A DNA stretch of 64,000 nucleotides from Escherichia coli (GCF_024700885.2 NZ_CP117016.1), one strand, 5' to 3'; shown: positions 54,534 to 64,000, counted from the stretch's first letter. Program-made: numbers and translations. Notes: generated by a model not told the origin, from the letters alone.

Positions 54534-57500
54534 ATGGGGGATATTATGCGTCCCATTCCGTTTGAGGAACTTTTGACGCGCATATTTGATGAATACCAAC
54601 AACAACGCTCAATCTTTGGTATTCCCGAGCAACAGTTTTACTCACCCGTAAAAGGTAAAACTGTTAGCGTCTTCGGTGAAACCTGTGCCACTCCCGTCGG
54701 CCCTGCCGCTGGCCCGCACACGCAGCTCGCGCAAAATATTGTCACTTCCTGGCTGACTGGCGGGCGCTTCATCGAACTAAAAACCGTCCAAATTCTTGAC
54801 CGTCTGGAGCTGGAAAAGCCCTGTATCGATGCCGAAGACGAGTGCTTTAACACCGAATGGTCTACCGAATTTACCCTGCTTAAAGCCTGGGATGAATACC
54901 TCAAAGCCTGGTTTGCCCTGCACCTTCTCGAAGCGATGTTCCAGCCTTCTGATTCCGGTAAATCGTTCATCTTTAATATGAGCGTCGGTTATAACCTCGA
55001 AGGTATTAAGCAACCGCCGATGCAACAGTTCATCGACAATATGATGGATGCATCTGACCATCCGAAATTCGCTCAATATCGCGATACGCTGAATAAATTA
55101 CTCCAGGATGACGCATTTTTAGCCCGCCACGGATTGCAGGAAAAACGCGAATGCCTGCAGGCCTTACCGGCACGCATCCCCACCAGCATGGTAGAAGGCG
55201 TTACCCTCTCCACCATGCACGGCTGTCCTCCGCATGAAATCGAAGCCATTTGCCGCTACATGCTGGAAGAAAAAGGGCTCAATACCTTTGTGAAACTCAA
55301 CCCGACCTTACTGGGGTACGCGCGTGTTCGTGAGATCCTCGATGTCTGCGGTTTCGGTTACATAGGCTTAAAAGAAGAGTCATTTGATCACGACCTCAAG
55401 CTGACGCAAGCGCTGGAAATGCTGGAACGCCTGATGGTACTGGCAAAAGAAAAATCACTCGGCTTTGGCGTAAAACTGACTAACACTCTCGGCACCATCA
55501 ACAATAAAGGCGCACTGCCTGGTGAAGAGATGTATATGTCAGGCCGTGCGCTGTTCCCGCTCTCCATCAATGTTGCAGCAGTTCTCTCTCGCGCCTTTGA
55601 CGGCAAACTGCCCATTTCTTATTCCGGTGGTGCCAGTCAGCTGACTATCCGCGATATTTTTGATACTGGTATTCGCCCTATTACTATGGCAACCGACCTG
55701 CTGAAACCTGGCGGCTATCTGCGCTTAAGTGCCTGCATGCGCGAGCTGGAAGGCTCCGACGCCTGGGGGCTTGACCATGTTGACGTCGAACGCCTGAACA
55801 AACTGGCAGCAGACGCGTTAACCATGGAATACACTCAGAAACACTGGAAGCCAGAAGAGCGTATTGAAGTGGCAGAAGACCTGCCGCTGACCGACTGCTA
55901 CGTTGCACCGTGCGTTACTGCTTGCGCCATTAAACAGGATATTCCGGAATACATCCGTCTGCTTGGCGAACACCGCTATGCCGACGCACTGGAACTCATC
56001 TACCAACGCAACGCCCTGCCCGCCATTACCGGTCATATTTGCGATCACCAGTGCCAATACAACTGTACCCGCCTGGATTACGACAGTGCGCTGAATATCC
56101 GCGAACTGAAAAAAGTCGCGCTGGAAAAAGGTTGGGATGAATATAAGCAACGCTGGCACAAACCAGCCGGTTCTGGTTCACGCCATCCGGTTGCCGTGAT
56201 TGGTGCAGGTCCGGCGGGTCTGGCAGCAGGTTACTTCCTTGCCAGAGCGGGCCATCCGGTTACGCTGTTTGAACGCGAAGCCAATGCGGGCGGCGTGGTG
56301 AAAAATATCATTCCTCAGTTCCGTATTCCTGCAGAGTTAATTCAGCACGATATCGATTTTGTTGCCGCTCACGGCGTGAAATTTGAGTATGGCTGCTCAC
56401 CCGATTTGACCGTTGAACAGTTAAAAAATCAGGGCTTCCACTATGTTCTGATTGCCACCGGCACTGATAAAAATAGCGGTGTGAAACTGGCGGGCGACAA
56501 CCAAAATGTCTGGAAATCACTCCCCTTCCTGCGTGAATACAACAAGGGCACAGCGCTCAAGCTGGGCAAACATGTGGTCGTTGTCGGGGCGGGTAACACG
56601 GCAATGGACTGCGCTCGTGCGGCGTTACGCGTTCCAGGCGTAGAAAAAGCAACGGTCGTTTACCGTCGTTCACTGCAAGAGATGCCAGCATGGCGCGAAG
56701 AGTATGAAGAAGCGTTGCACGACGGTGTGGAGTTCCGTTTCCTGAATAATCCGGAACGTTTCGATGCTGATGGCACCTTAACCTTGCGCGTTATGTCGCT
56801 TGGCGAACCTGATGAGAAAGGTCGTCGCCGTCCGGTTGAAACCAACGAAACAGTAACACTGCATGTAGACAGCCTGATCACCGCCATTGGTGAACAGCAG
56901 GATACTGAAGCCCTGAATGCGATGGGCGTGCCGCTGGACAAAAACGGCTGGCCAGACGTCGACCATAATGGCGAAACTCGTCTGACTGACGTCTTTATGA
57001 TCGGCGACGTACAGCGCGGACCATCCTCCATTGTCGCTGCTGTCGGAACCGCGCGTCGGGCGACCGATGCCATCCTTAGTCGGGAAAACATCCGTTCCCA
57101 CCAGAACGATAAATACTGGAACAACGTCAATCCGGCGGAAATCTATCAACGCAAAGGCGATATCTCTATCACCCTGGTGGATAGCGACGATCGTGACGCG
57201 TTTGTCGCCCAGGAAGCCGCACGCTGCCTTGAATGTAACTACGTTTGCAGCAAGTGTGTGGATGTCTGCCCGAACCGCGCCAACGTATCCATTGCGGTCC
57301 CTGGCTTCCAGATCCGTTTCCAGACGCTGCACCTCGACGCTTACTGTAACGAATGCGGCAACTGCGCTCAGTTCTGCCCGTGGAACGGTAAACCGTACAA
57401 AGACAAAATCACCGTCTTCAGCCTGTCGCAAGACTTTGATAACAGCAGCAACCCTGGCTTCCTTGTGGAAGATTGCCGGGTACGAGTACGTCTGAATAAC

Positions 57501-57632
57501 CAAAGCTGGGTGTTAAACATCGACAGCGAAGGTCAGTTCAACAACGAACCACCGGAGCTGAACGATATGTGCCGCATTATTAGCCATGTCCACCAGCATC
57601 ATCATTATCTGCTGGGCCGCGTGGAGGTGTAA
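54534..57632 (+). CDS. ygfK: Large Fe-S flavoprotein oxidoreductase (GltD-like FAD/NAD(P) domain + 2x[4Fe-4S])
   Basis: 1032-aa ORF; dinucleotide-binding VAVIGAGPAGLAAG; ferredoxin-type motifs CLECNYVCSKCVDVCP and CNECGNCAQFCP. Confidence 0.9.
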   Translation: MGDIMRPIPFEELLTRIFDEYQQQRSIFGIPEQQFYSPVKGKTVSVFGETCATPVGPAAGPHTQLAQNIVTSWLTGGRFIELKTVQILDRLELEKPCIDAEDECFNTEWSTEFTLLKAWDEYLKAWFALHLLEAMFQPSDSGKSFIFNMSVGYNLEGIKQPPMQQFIDNMMDASDHPKFAQYRDTLNKLLQDDAFLARHGLQEKRECLQALPARIPTSMVEGVTLSTMHGCPPHEIEAICRYMLEEKGLNTFVKLNPTLLGYARVREILDVCGFGYIGLKEESFDHDLKLTQALEMLERLMVLAKEKSLGFGVKLTNTLGTINNKGALPGEEMYMSGRALFPLSINVAAVLSRAFDGKLPISYSGGASQLTIRDIFDTGIRPITMATDLLKPGGYLRLSACMRELEGSDAWGLDHVDVERLNKLAADALTMEYTQKHWKPEERIEVAEDLPLTDCYVAPCVTACAIKQDIPEYIRLLGEHRYADALELIYQRNALPAITGHICDHQCQYNCTRLDYDSALNIRELKKVALEKGWDEYKQRWHKPAGSGSRHPVAVIGAGPAGLAAGYFLARAGHPVTLFEREANAGGVVKNIIPQFRIPAELIQHDIDFVAAHGVKFEYGCSPDLTVEQLKNQGFHYVLIATGTDKNSGVKLAGDNQNVWKSLPFLREYNKGTALKLGKHVVVVGAGNTAMDCARAALRVPGVEKATVVYRRSLQEMPAWREEYEEALHDGVEFRFLNNPERFDADGTLTLRVMSLGEPDEKGRRRPVETNETVTLHVDSLITAIGEQQDTEALNAMGVPLDKNGWPDVDHNGETRLTDVFMIGDVQRGPSSIVAAVGTARRATDAILSRENIRSHQNDKYWNNVNPAEIYQRKGDISITLVDSDDRDAFVAQEAARCLECNYVCSKCVDVCPNRANVSIAVPGFQIRFQTLHLDAYCNECGNCAQFCPWNGKPYKDKITVFSLSQDFDNSSNPGFLVEDCRVRVRLNNQSWVLNIDSEGQFNNEPPELNDMCRIISHVHQHHHYLLGRVEV

Positions 57633-57634
57633 TC

Positions 57635-58963
57635 ATGTTGATTCTGAAGAATGTCACCGCAGTGCAGTTACACCCGGCGAAAGTGCAGGAAGGCGTTGAT
57701 ATCGCCATCGAAAATGATGTGATTGTCGCTATCGGCGATGCCCTGACGCAACGCTACCCCGATGCCAGCTACAAAGAGATGCATGGTCGGATTGTGATGC
57801 CAGGAATTGTCTGCTCGCACAACCATTTTTACTCGGGGCTGTCCCGCGGAATTATGGCAAACATCGCCCCCTGCCCGGATTTCATCTCAACGCTGAAAAA
57901 TCTCTGGTGGCGACTCGATCGCACCCTTGATGAAGAGTCGCTCTATTACAGCGGACTGATTTGTTCCCTGGAAGCGATTAAGGGCGGATGTACATCGGTT
58001 ATCGATCACCATGCCTCTCCGGCGTATATCGACGGGTCGCTCTCCACATTGCGCAACGCATTTTTAAAAGTTGGCCTGCGCGCGATGACCTGTTTTGAAA
58101 CTACTGACCGTAACAACGGTATCAAAGAGTTGCAGGAAGGTGTAGAAGAAAACATCCGCTTCGCCCGTCAGATTGATGAGGCGAAGAAAGCAGCAACCGA
58201 ACCGTATCTGGTGGAAGCACATATCGGCGCTCACGCGCCGTTTACCGTGCCGGATGCCGGTCTGGAGATGCTGCGTGAAGCCGTGAAAGCCACAGGTCGT
58301 GGTTTGCACATTCACGCTGCGGAAGACCTTTATGACGTTTCCTACAGTCACCACTGGTACGGCAAAGACCTGCTGGCACGACTGGCGCAATTCGATCTCA
58401 TCGACAGCAAAACGCTGGTCGCTCATGGGCTGTACTTGTCGAAAGATGACATCGCCCTACTCAATCAGCGCGATGCGTTCCTAGTGCATAACGCCCGTTC
58501 AAACATGAACAACCATGTCGGCTACAACCATCACCTTAGCGACATCCGCAATCTGGCGTTGGGAACTGACGGCATTGGTTCGGACATGTTTGAAGAGATG
58601 AAATTTGCCTTCTTTAAACATCGCGATGCGGGTGGTCCGCTGTGGCCTGACAGTTTTGCCAAAGCACTGGCTAACGGCAACGAACTGATGAGCCGCAACT
58701 TTGGCGCGAAATTTGGCCTTCTGGAAGCCGGTTACAAAGCCGATTTAACCATTTGCGATTACAACTCGCCGACACCGCTGCTGGCAGACAATATCGCCGG
58801 GCATATCGCTTTCGGTATGGGCTCAGGCAGCGTTCATAGCGTGATGGTCAATGGCGTGATGGTCTATGAAGACCGTCAGTTTAACTTCGATTGCGATTCC
58901 ATTTATGCGCAAGCCAGAAAAGCCGCTGCCAGTATGTGGCGTCGGATGGATGCGCTGGCATAA
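57635..58963 (+). CDS. ssnA: Amidohydrolase (cytosine/guanine deaminase-like)
   Basis: 442-aa ORF with metal-binding HxH (CSHNHFY); 2 nt after ygfK stop. Confidence 0.9.
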   Translation: MLILKNVTAVQLHPAKVQEGVDIAIENDVIVAIGDALTQRYPDASYKEMHGRIVMPGIVCSHNHFYSGLSRGIMANIAPCPDFISTLKNLWWRLDRTLDEESLYYSGLICSLEAIKGGCTSVIDHHASPAYIDGSLSTLRNAFLKVGLRAMTCFETTDRNNGIKELQEGVEENIRFARQIDEAKKAATEPYLVEAHIGAHAPFTVPDAGLEMLREAVKATGRGLHIHAAEDLYDVSYSHHWYGKDLLARLAQFDLIDSKTLVAHGLYLSKDDIALLNQRDAFLVHNARSNMNNHVGYNHHLSDIRNLALGTDGIGSDMFEEMKFAFFKHRDAGGPLWPDSFAKALANGNELMSRNFGAKFGLLEAGYKADLTICDYNSPTPLLADNIAGHIAFGMGSGSVHSVMVNGVMVYEDRQFNFDCDSIYAQARKAAASMWRRMDALA

Positions 58964-58973
58964 ATGACAAATA

Positions 58974-58996
58974 CCCTCTTCCCGTAGGGAAGAGGG
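58974..58996 (+). terminator. GC-rich hairpin between ssnA and ygfM (attenuator or weak terminator)
   Basis: Perfect 10-bp stem CCCTCTTCCC-GTA-GGGAAGAGGG; the following U tract is weak. Confidence 0.4.
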
Positions 58997-59013
58997 TTAA
59001 ATAAGGAAAGAAG

Positions 59014-59793
59014 ATGATTGAACAATTTTTCAGGCCCGACTCTGTCGAACAGGCGCTGGAACTGAAGCGCCGCTACAAGGATGAAGCCGTCTGGTTCGCC
59101 GGGGGCAGCAAACTCAACGCTACACCAACCCGTACCGATAAAAAGATTGCCATTTCCTTACAGGATCTGGAACTGGACTGGGTTGACTGGGATAACGGTG
59201 CACTGCGGATTGGCGCAATGTCTCGCTTGCAGCCACTGCGTGATGCGCGATTTATTCCTGCAGCACTGCGTGAAGCCCTCGGCTTTGTCTACTCTCGCCA
59301 TGTTCGTAATCAGTCGACCATTGGTGGTGAAATCGCCGCCCGGCAGGAAGAGTCTGTGCTGCTTCCCGTCCTGCTGGCACTGGATGCTGAACTGGTTTTT
59401 GGCAATGGCGAAACACTGTCAATCGAAGAGTACCTGGCCTGCCCATGCGATCGCCTGCTAACCGAAATTATCATTAAAGATCCGTATCGCACCTGTGCGA
59501 CCCGCAAAATTAGCCGTTCTCAGGCAGGTTTAACCGTCGTGACGGCAGCCGTTGCAATGACAGACCACGACGGTATGCGAATTGCGCTGGATGGCGTCGC
59601 CAGTAAAGCCCTGCGTCTGCACGATGTTGAAAAACAAAATCTGGAAGGCAATGCACTTGAACAGGCTGTCGCCAACGCCATTTTCCCGCAGGAAGATTTG
59701 CGGGGCAGCGTGGCCTATAAACGCTATATCACGGGAGTTCTGGTAGCCGACCTTTATGCCGACTGCCAACAGGCTGGGGAGGAAGCCGTATGA
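59014..59793 (+). CDS. ygfM: FAD-binding molybdopterin dehydrogenase subunit
   Basis: 259-aa CO dehydrogenase flavoprotein-like ORF; overlaps xdhD start by 4 nt. Confidence 0.9.
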   Translation: MIEQFFRPDSVEQALELKRRYKDEAVWFAGGSKLNATPTRTDKKIAISLQDLELDWVDWDNGALRIGAMSRLQPLRDARFIPAALREALGFVYSRHVRNQSTIGGEIAARQEESVLLPVLLALDAELVFGNGETLSIEEYLACPCDRLLTEIIIKDPYRTCATRKISRSQAGLTVVTAAVAMTDHDGMRIALDGVASKALRLHDVEKQNLEGNALEQAVANAIFPQEDLRGSVAYKRYITGVLVADLYADCQQAGEEAV

Positions 59794-62660
59794 TCATCCA
59801 CTTTACTTTAAATGGCGCGCCTCAGGAGCTAACCGTTAATCCAGGCGAAAACGTGCAAAAGCTGTTGTTTAACATGGGAATGCACTCTGTACGCAACAGC
59901 GATGATGGATTCGGGTTTGCCGGTTCTGACGCAATTATCTGTAACGGTAATATCGTTAACGCGTCCTTGCTTATCGCCGCACAGTTAGAGAAGGCAGATA
60001 TTCGTACCGCAGAGTCTCTGGGCAAATGGAACGAGTTAAGTCTGGTTCAACAGGCAATGGTTGATGTTGGCGTGGTGCAGTCTGGTTATAACGATCCAGC
60101 TGCGGCTCTGATTATCACCGATCTTCTCGATCGCATTGCCACACCGACCCGCGAAGAGATCGACGACGCGCTTTCTGGTTTGTTCAGCCGCGATGCAGGC
60201 TGGCAACAATACTATCAGGTCATTGAACTGGCGGTTGCACGTAAAAATAATCCGCAGGCCACCATTGATATCGCTCCAACTTTCCGCGATGACCTTGAAG
60301 TCATTGGTAAGCATTATCCTAAAACTGATGCCGCGAAAATGGTGCAGGCGAAACCCTGCTATGTTGAAGACCGCGTAACGGCTGACGCCTGCGTCATTAA
60401 AATGTTACGTAGCCCACACGCTCACGCACTGATTACTCATCTGGATATCAGCAAAGCTGAAGCCTTACCGGGCGTTGTTCACGTTATTACTCACCTGAAT
60501 TGCCCGGATATCTACTATACCCCGGGCGGTCAGAGCGCACCGGAACCGTCACCGCTTGACCGCCGTATGTTCGGCAAGAAAATGCGTCACGTCGGCGATC
60601 GCGTTGCTGCGGTCGTCGCTGAAAGTGAAGAAATTGCGCTCGAAGCACTGAAGCTCATCGACGTTGAATATGAAGTGCTTAAACCTGTAATGTCGATCGA
60701 CGAAGCAATGGCGGAAGATGCGCCTGTCGTGCACGATGAACCGGTGGTGTATGTTGCTGGTGCGCCAGATACTCTGGAAGACGATAACAGCCATGCAGCC
60801 CAGCGCGGCGAACATATGATCATCAACTTCCCGATCGGTTCTCGCCCCCGTAAAAATATCGCCGCCAGTATTCATGGTCATATTGGCGATATGGACAAAG
60901 GCTTTGCCGATGCCGATGTGATCATTGAGCGAACCTATAACTCAACGCAGGCACAGCAGTGCCCGACTGAAACACATATCTGCTTTACCCGTATGGACGG
61001 CGATCGTCTGGTGATCCACGCCTCCACCCAGGTACCATGGCACTTACGCCGCCAGGTCGCGCGCCTCGTGGGCATGAAACAGCATAAAGTTCATGTCATT
61101 AAAGAGCGAGTTGGCGGCGGTTTTGGTTCCAAACAAGACATCCTGCTGGAAGAAGTGTGCGCCTGGGCAACCTGCGTGACCGGACGTCCGGTACTGTTCC
61201 GCTACACCCGTGAAGAAGAGTTTATTGCTAACACCTCTCGCCACGTCGCGAAAGTCACCGTCAAACTGGGCGCGAAAAAAGATGGTCGCCTGACGGCAGT
61301 GAAGATGGATTTCCGCGCCAACACGGGCCCTTACGGCAACCACTCACTCACCGTACCGTGTAACGGACCGGCGCTGTCGCTGCCGTTATATCCGTGTGAT
61401 AACGTCGATTTCCAGGTCACCACCTACTACAGCAACATTTGCCCAAATGGTGCTTATCAGGGTTATGGCGCGCCGAAAGGTAACTTCGCTATCACCATGG
61501 CATTAGCGGAACTGGCTGAACAGTTACAGATCGACCAGCTGGAAATTATCGAACGTAACCGTGTACACGAAGGGCAAGAGCTGAAAATTCTCGGTGCAAT
61601 CGGTGAAGGTAAAGCGCCGACCTCCGTTCCTTCCGCCGCCAGCTGCGCACTGGAAGAGATCCTGCGTCAGGGTCGCGAGATGATCCACTGGTCGTCACCG
61701 AAACCGCAAAATGGTGACTGGCACATCGGTCGCGGCGTCGCCATTATCATGCAGAAATCGGGTATCCCAGATATCGATCAGGCTAACTGCATGATCAAAC
61801 TGGAATCGGACGGCACCTTTATCGTTCATTCTGGCGGTGCGGATATTGGTACTGGTTTGGATACTGTGGTGACGAAACTGGCAGCAGAAGTGCTGCACTG
61901 CCCACCGCAGGACGTGCATGTTATCTCCGGTGATACCGATCATGCGTTGTTTGATAAAGGCGCATATGCCTCGTCCGGTACTTGCTTCTCGGGTAACGCG
62001 GCGCGTTTGGCAGCAGAAAATCTGCGGGAGAAAATTCTGTTCCACGGTGCACAAATGTTGGGTGAGCCAGTGGCAGATGTCCAACTAGCAACGCCGGGCG
62101 TCGTGCGCGGCAAGAAAGGCGAAGTTAGTTTCGGGGATATTGCCCATAAAGGCGAAACCGGCACCGGCTTTGGTTCACTGGTGGGAACTGGCAGTTATAT
62201 CACGCCTGATTTCGCCTTCCCGTATGGCGCAAACTTCGCTGAAGTTGCCGTCAACGCGCGTACGGGTGAAATCCGCCTGGATAAATTCTACGCCTTGCTG
62301 GACTGCGGTACACCGGTCAACCCGGAATTAGCATTGGGACAAATCTACGGTGCTACCCTGCGAGCTATCGGCCACAGTATGAGCGAAGAGATCATTTATG
62401 ACGCCGAAGGTCACCCGTTAACGCGTGATTTACGCAGTTACGGTGCACCGAAAATTGGTGACATTCCGCGTGATTTCCGCGCAGTGCTGGTGCCGAGCGA
62501 CGATAAAGTCGGCCCGTTCGGGGCGAAATCGATCTCGGAAATCGGTGTAAATGGCGCAGCTCCGGCGATTGCTACCGCAATTCACGATGCCTGCGGCATC
62601 TGGTTACGCGAATGGCATTTCACACCGGAGAAAATACTCACCGCGCTGGAAAAAATATAA
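59790..62660 (+). CDS. xdhD: Molybdopterin-binding hydroxylase with degenerate N-terminal Fe-S-like domain (putative hypoxanthine/purine oxidase)
   Basis: 956-aa ORF; C-terminal about 780 aa is aldehyde oxidase/XDH Mo-binding type; N-terminal about 165 aa aligns to XdhC but carries a single cysteine. Confidence 0.9.
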   Translation: MIIHFTLNGAPQELTVNPGENVQKLLFNMGMHSVRNSDDGFGFAGSDAIICNGNIVNASLLIAAQLEKADIRTAESLGKWNELSLVQQAMVDVGVVQSGYNDPAAALIITDLLDRIATPTREEIDDALSGLFSRDAGWQQYYQVIELAVARKNNPQATIDIAPTFRDDLEVIGKHYPKTDAAKMVQAKPCYVEDRVTADACVIKMLRSPHAHALITHLDISKAEALPGVVHVITHLNCPDIYYTPGGQSAPEPSPLDRRMFGKKMRHVGDRVAAVVAESEEIALEALKLIDVEYEVLKPVMSIDEAMAEDAPVVHDEPVVYVAGAPDTLEDDNSHAAQRGEHMIINFPIGSRPRKNIAASIHGHIGDMDKGFADADVIIERTYNSTQAQQCPTETHICFTRMDGDRLVIHASTQVPWHLRRQVARLVGMKQHKVHVIKERVGGGFGSKQDILLEEVCAWATCVTGRPVLFRYTREEEFIANTSRHVAKVTVKLGAKKDGRLTAVKMDFRANTGPYGNHSLTVPCNGPALSLPLYPCDNVDFQVTTYYSNICPNGAYQGYGAPKGNFAITMALAELAEQLQIDQLEIIERNRVHEGQELKILGAIGEGKAPTSVPSAASCALEEILRQGREMIHWSSPKPQNGDWHIGRGVAIIMQKSGIPDIDQANCMIKLESDGTFIVHSGGADIGTGLDTVVTKLAAEVLHCPPQDVHVISGDTDHALFDKGAYASSGTCFSGNAARLAAENLREKILFHGAQMLGEPVADVQLATPGVVRGKKGEVSFGDIAHKGETGTGFGSLVGTGSYITPDFAFPYGANFAEVAVNARTGEIRLDKFYALLDCGTPVNPELALGQIYGATLRAIGHSMSEEIIYDAEGHPLTRDLRSYGAPKIGDIPRDFRAVLVPSDDKVGPFGAKSISEIGVNGAAPAIATAIHDACGIWLREWHFTPEKILTALEKI

Positions 62661-62669
62661 GTAATAAAT

Positions 62670-62699
62670 GGCCGCTTCGGCGGCCTGTTTCTCTGTTTG
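62670..62699 (+). terminator. Intrinsic terminator downstream of xdhD
   Basis: Stem GGCCGC-TTCG-GCGGCC followed by TGTTTCTCTGTTTG. Confidence 0.55.
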
Positions 62700-62824
62700 A
62701 ACGACGACCAAATAGTGACTGCGAAAATGAGATAAGCCGTTCTCAAGGCGTCCTGCGCCCCAAATTCGTGGGAATTTATTTTACTGATTCAGATGATCAA
62801 ATTTACTTTAAAAGGAGTGAAGGG

Positions 62825-64000
62825 ATGTCTGATATAAACCATGCAGGTTCTGACCTTATATTTGAACTGGAGGATCGCCCTCCCTTTCATCAGGCTCTCG
62901 TTGGTGCCATTACCCATCTGTTGGCAATTTTCGTTCCGATGGTAACCCCCGCGTTAATCGTGGGTGCGGCCTTACAGCTTTCCGCTGAAACAACTGCCTA
63001 TCTTGTTTCAATGGCGATGATCGCCTCTGGTATTGGTACCTGGTTACAAGTAAACCGCTATGGCATCGTCGGTTCTGGCCTACTCTCAATTCAGTCAGTC
63101 AATTTTTCATTTGTTACGGTCATGATTGCGCTGGGCAGCAGCATGAAAAGCGACGGTTTTCACGAAGAGTTAATCATGTCGTCGCTCCTCGGCGTCTCCT
63201 TCGTTGGCGCATTTCTGGTTGTCGGCTCTTCTTTTATCCTGCCCTATTTACGTCGGGTTATTACGCCTACCGTCAGCGGCATTGTGGTGCTGATGATCGG
63301 CTTAAGCCTGATTAAAGTCGGCATTATCGATTTTGGTGGAGGATTTGCAGCCAAAAGCAGCGGTACATTCGGCAATTACGAACATCTCGGCGTTGGTTTA
63401 TTGGTTTTGATTGTGGTGATCGGCTTTAACTGCTGTCGCAGTCCGTTGCTACGCATGGGAGGGATCGCCATTGGGCTATGTGTCGGCTATATCGCATCGT
63501 TATGCCTGGGCATGGTGGATTTCAGCAGTATGCGCAATTTGCCGTTAATCACCATCCCACATCCGTTCAAATACGGCTTTAGTTTTAGCTTCCATCAGTT
63601 CCTGGTGGTTGGCACGATTTATCTGCTTAGCGTGCTGGAAGCTGTCGGCGATATCACCGCCACGGCAATGGTTTCCCGCCGCCCCATTCAGGGGGAAGAG
63701 TATCAGTCCCGACTGAAAGGCGGCGTGCTGGCAGACGGTCTGGTTTCTGTTATCGCCTCCGCTGTCGGATCATTACCCTTAACCACGTTTGCGCAAAATA
63801 ATGGGGTTATTCAGATGACTGGCGTCGCTTCACGTTATGTCGGGCGAACCATCGCGGTAATGCTGGTTATCCTCGGCTTATTTCCGATGATTGGCGGCTT
63901 CTTCACGACCATTCCCTCGGCAGTTCTGGGAGGCGCAATGACGTTGATGTTTTCCATGATTGCCATCGCAGGGATTCGCATCATCATCACCAACGGTTTA
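62825..64000 (+). CDS. xanQ: Xanthine permease (NCS2 family), N-terminal 392 codons (runs off window end)
   Basis: ATG at 62825 with RBS AAGGAG; frame open to window end; MSDINHAGSDLIFELEDRPPFHQALVGAITHLLAIFVPMV... polytopic; not in ORF track (no stop within window). Confidence 0.85.
   Translation, partial: MSDINHAGSDLIFELEDRPPFHQALVGAITHLLAIFVPMVTPALIVGAALQLSAETTAYLVSMAMIASGIGTWLQVNRYGIVGSGLLSIQSVNFSFVTVMIALGSSMKSDGFHEELIMSSLLGVSFVGAFLVVGSSFILPYLRRVITPTVSGIVVLMIGLSLIKVGIIDFGGGFAAKSSGTFGNYEHLGVGLLVLIVVIGFNCCRSPLLRMGGIAIGLCVGYIASLCLGMVDFSSMRNLPLITIPHPFKYGFSFSFHQFLVVGTIYLLSVLEAVGDITATAMVSRRPIQGEEYQSRLKGGVLADGLVSVIASAVGSLPLTTFAQNNGVIQMTGVASRYVGRTIAVMLVILGLFPMIGGFFTTIPSAVLGGAMTLMFSMIAIAGIRIIITNGL

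Noticed and set aside
54534-62660. Selenocysteine (in-frame TGA plus SECIS) in ygfK, xdhD or xdhA
   Set aside because: All three ORFs are continuous with no internal stop, so no evidence for Sec incorporation; any selenium dependence would have to be through a non-Sec cofactor.

Overview
This window is an Escherichia coli K-12-like chromosomal segment running recD through xanQ. Identifications rest on reading the supplied translations and the DNA directly; no database search was run. Left part (1-34 kb) is housekeeping: recD(partial)-recB-ptrA-recC, the ppdA-ppdB-ygdB-ppdC pseudopilin genes, thyA-lgt, ptsP-rppH, mutH, ygdQ, ygdR, tas, lplT-aas, galR, lysA/lysR, ygeA, araE, kduD-kduI and yqeF. 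Non-coding elements absent from the ORF track include a DnaA-box cluster upstream of mutH consistent with DARS2, the tandem sRNAs OmrA and OmrB between aas and galR, tRNA-Gly(CCC) glyU, and several intrinsic terminators. The middle (34-38.6 kb) is an AT-rich island remnant (yqeG, yqeH) ending in a complete IS1 without target-site duplication, directly next to glyU; the ETT2 remnant genes that sit here in K-12 MG1655 (as I recall) are missing. The right part (38.9-64 kb) is the strongest candidate for an under-described system: xdhABC, the sigma54 activator ygeV, ygeW-ygeX-ygeY-hyuA-yqeA, yqeB-yqeC-ygfJ, ygfK-ssnA-ygfM-xdhD and xanQ(partial), which together look like an anaerobic purine-catabolic, possibly selenium-dependent, molybdenum hydroxylase system. 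The genes are known but the pathway is largely inferred. No CRISPR array, rRNA or obvious defence system was seen.
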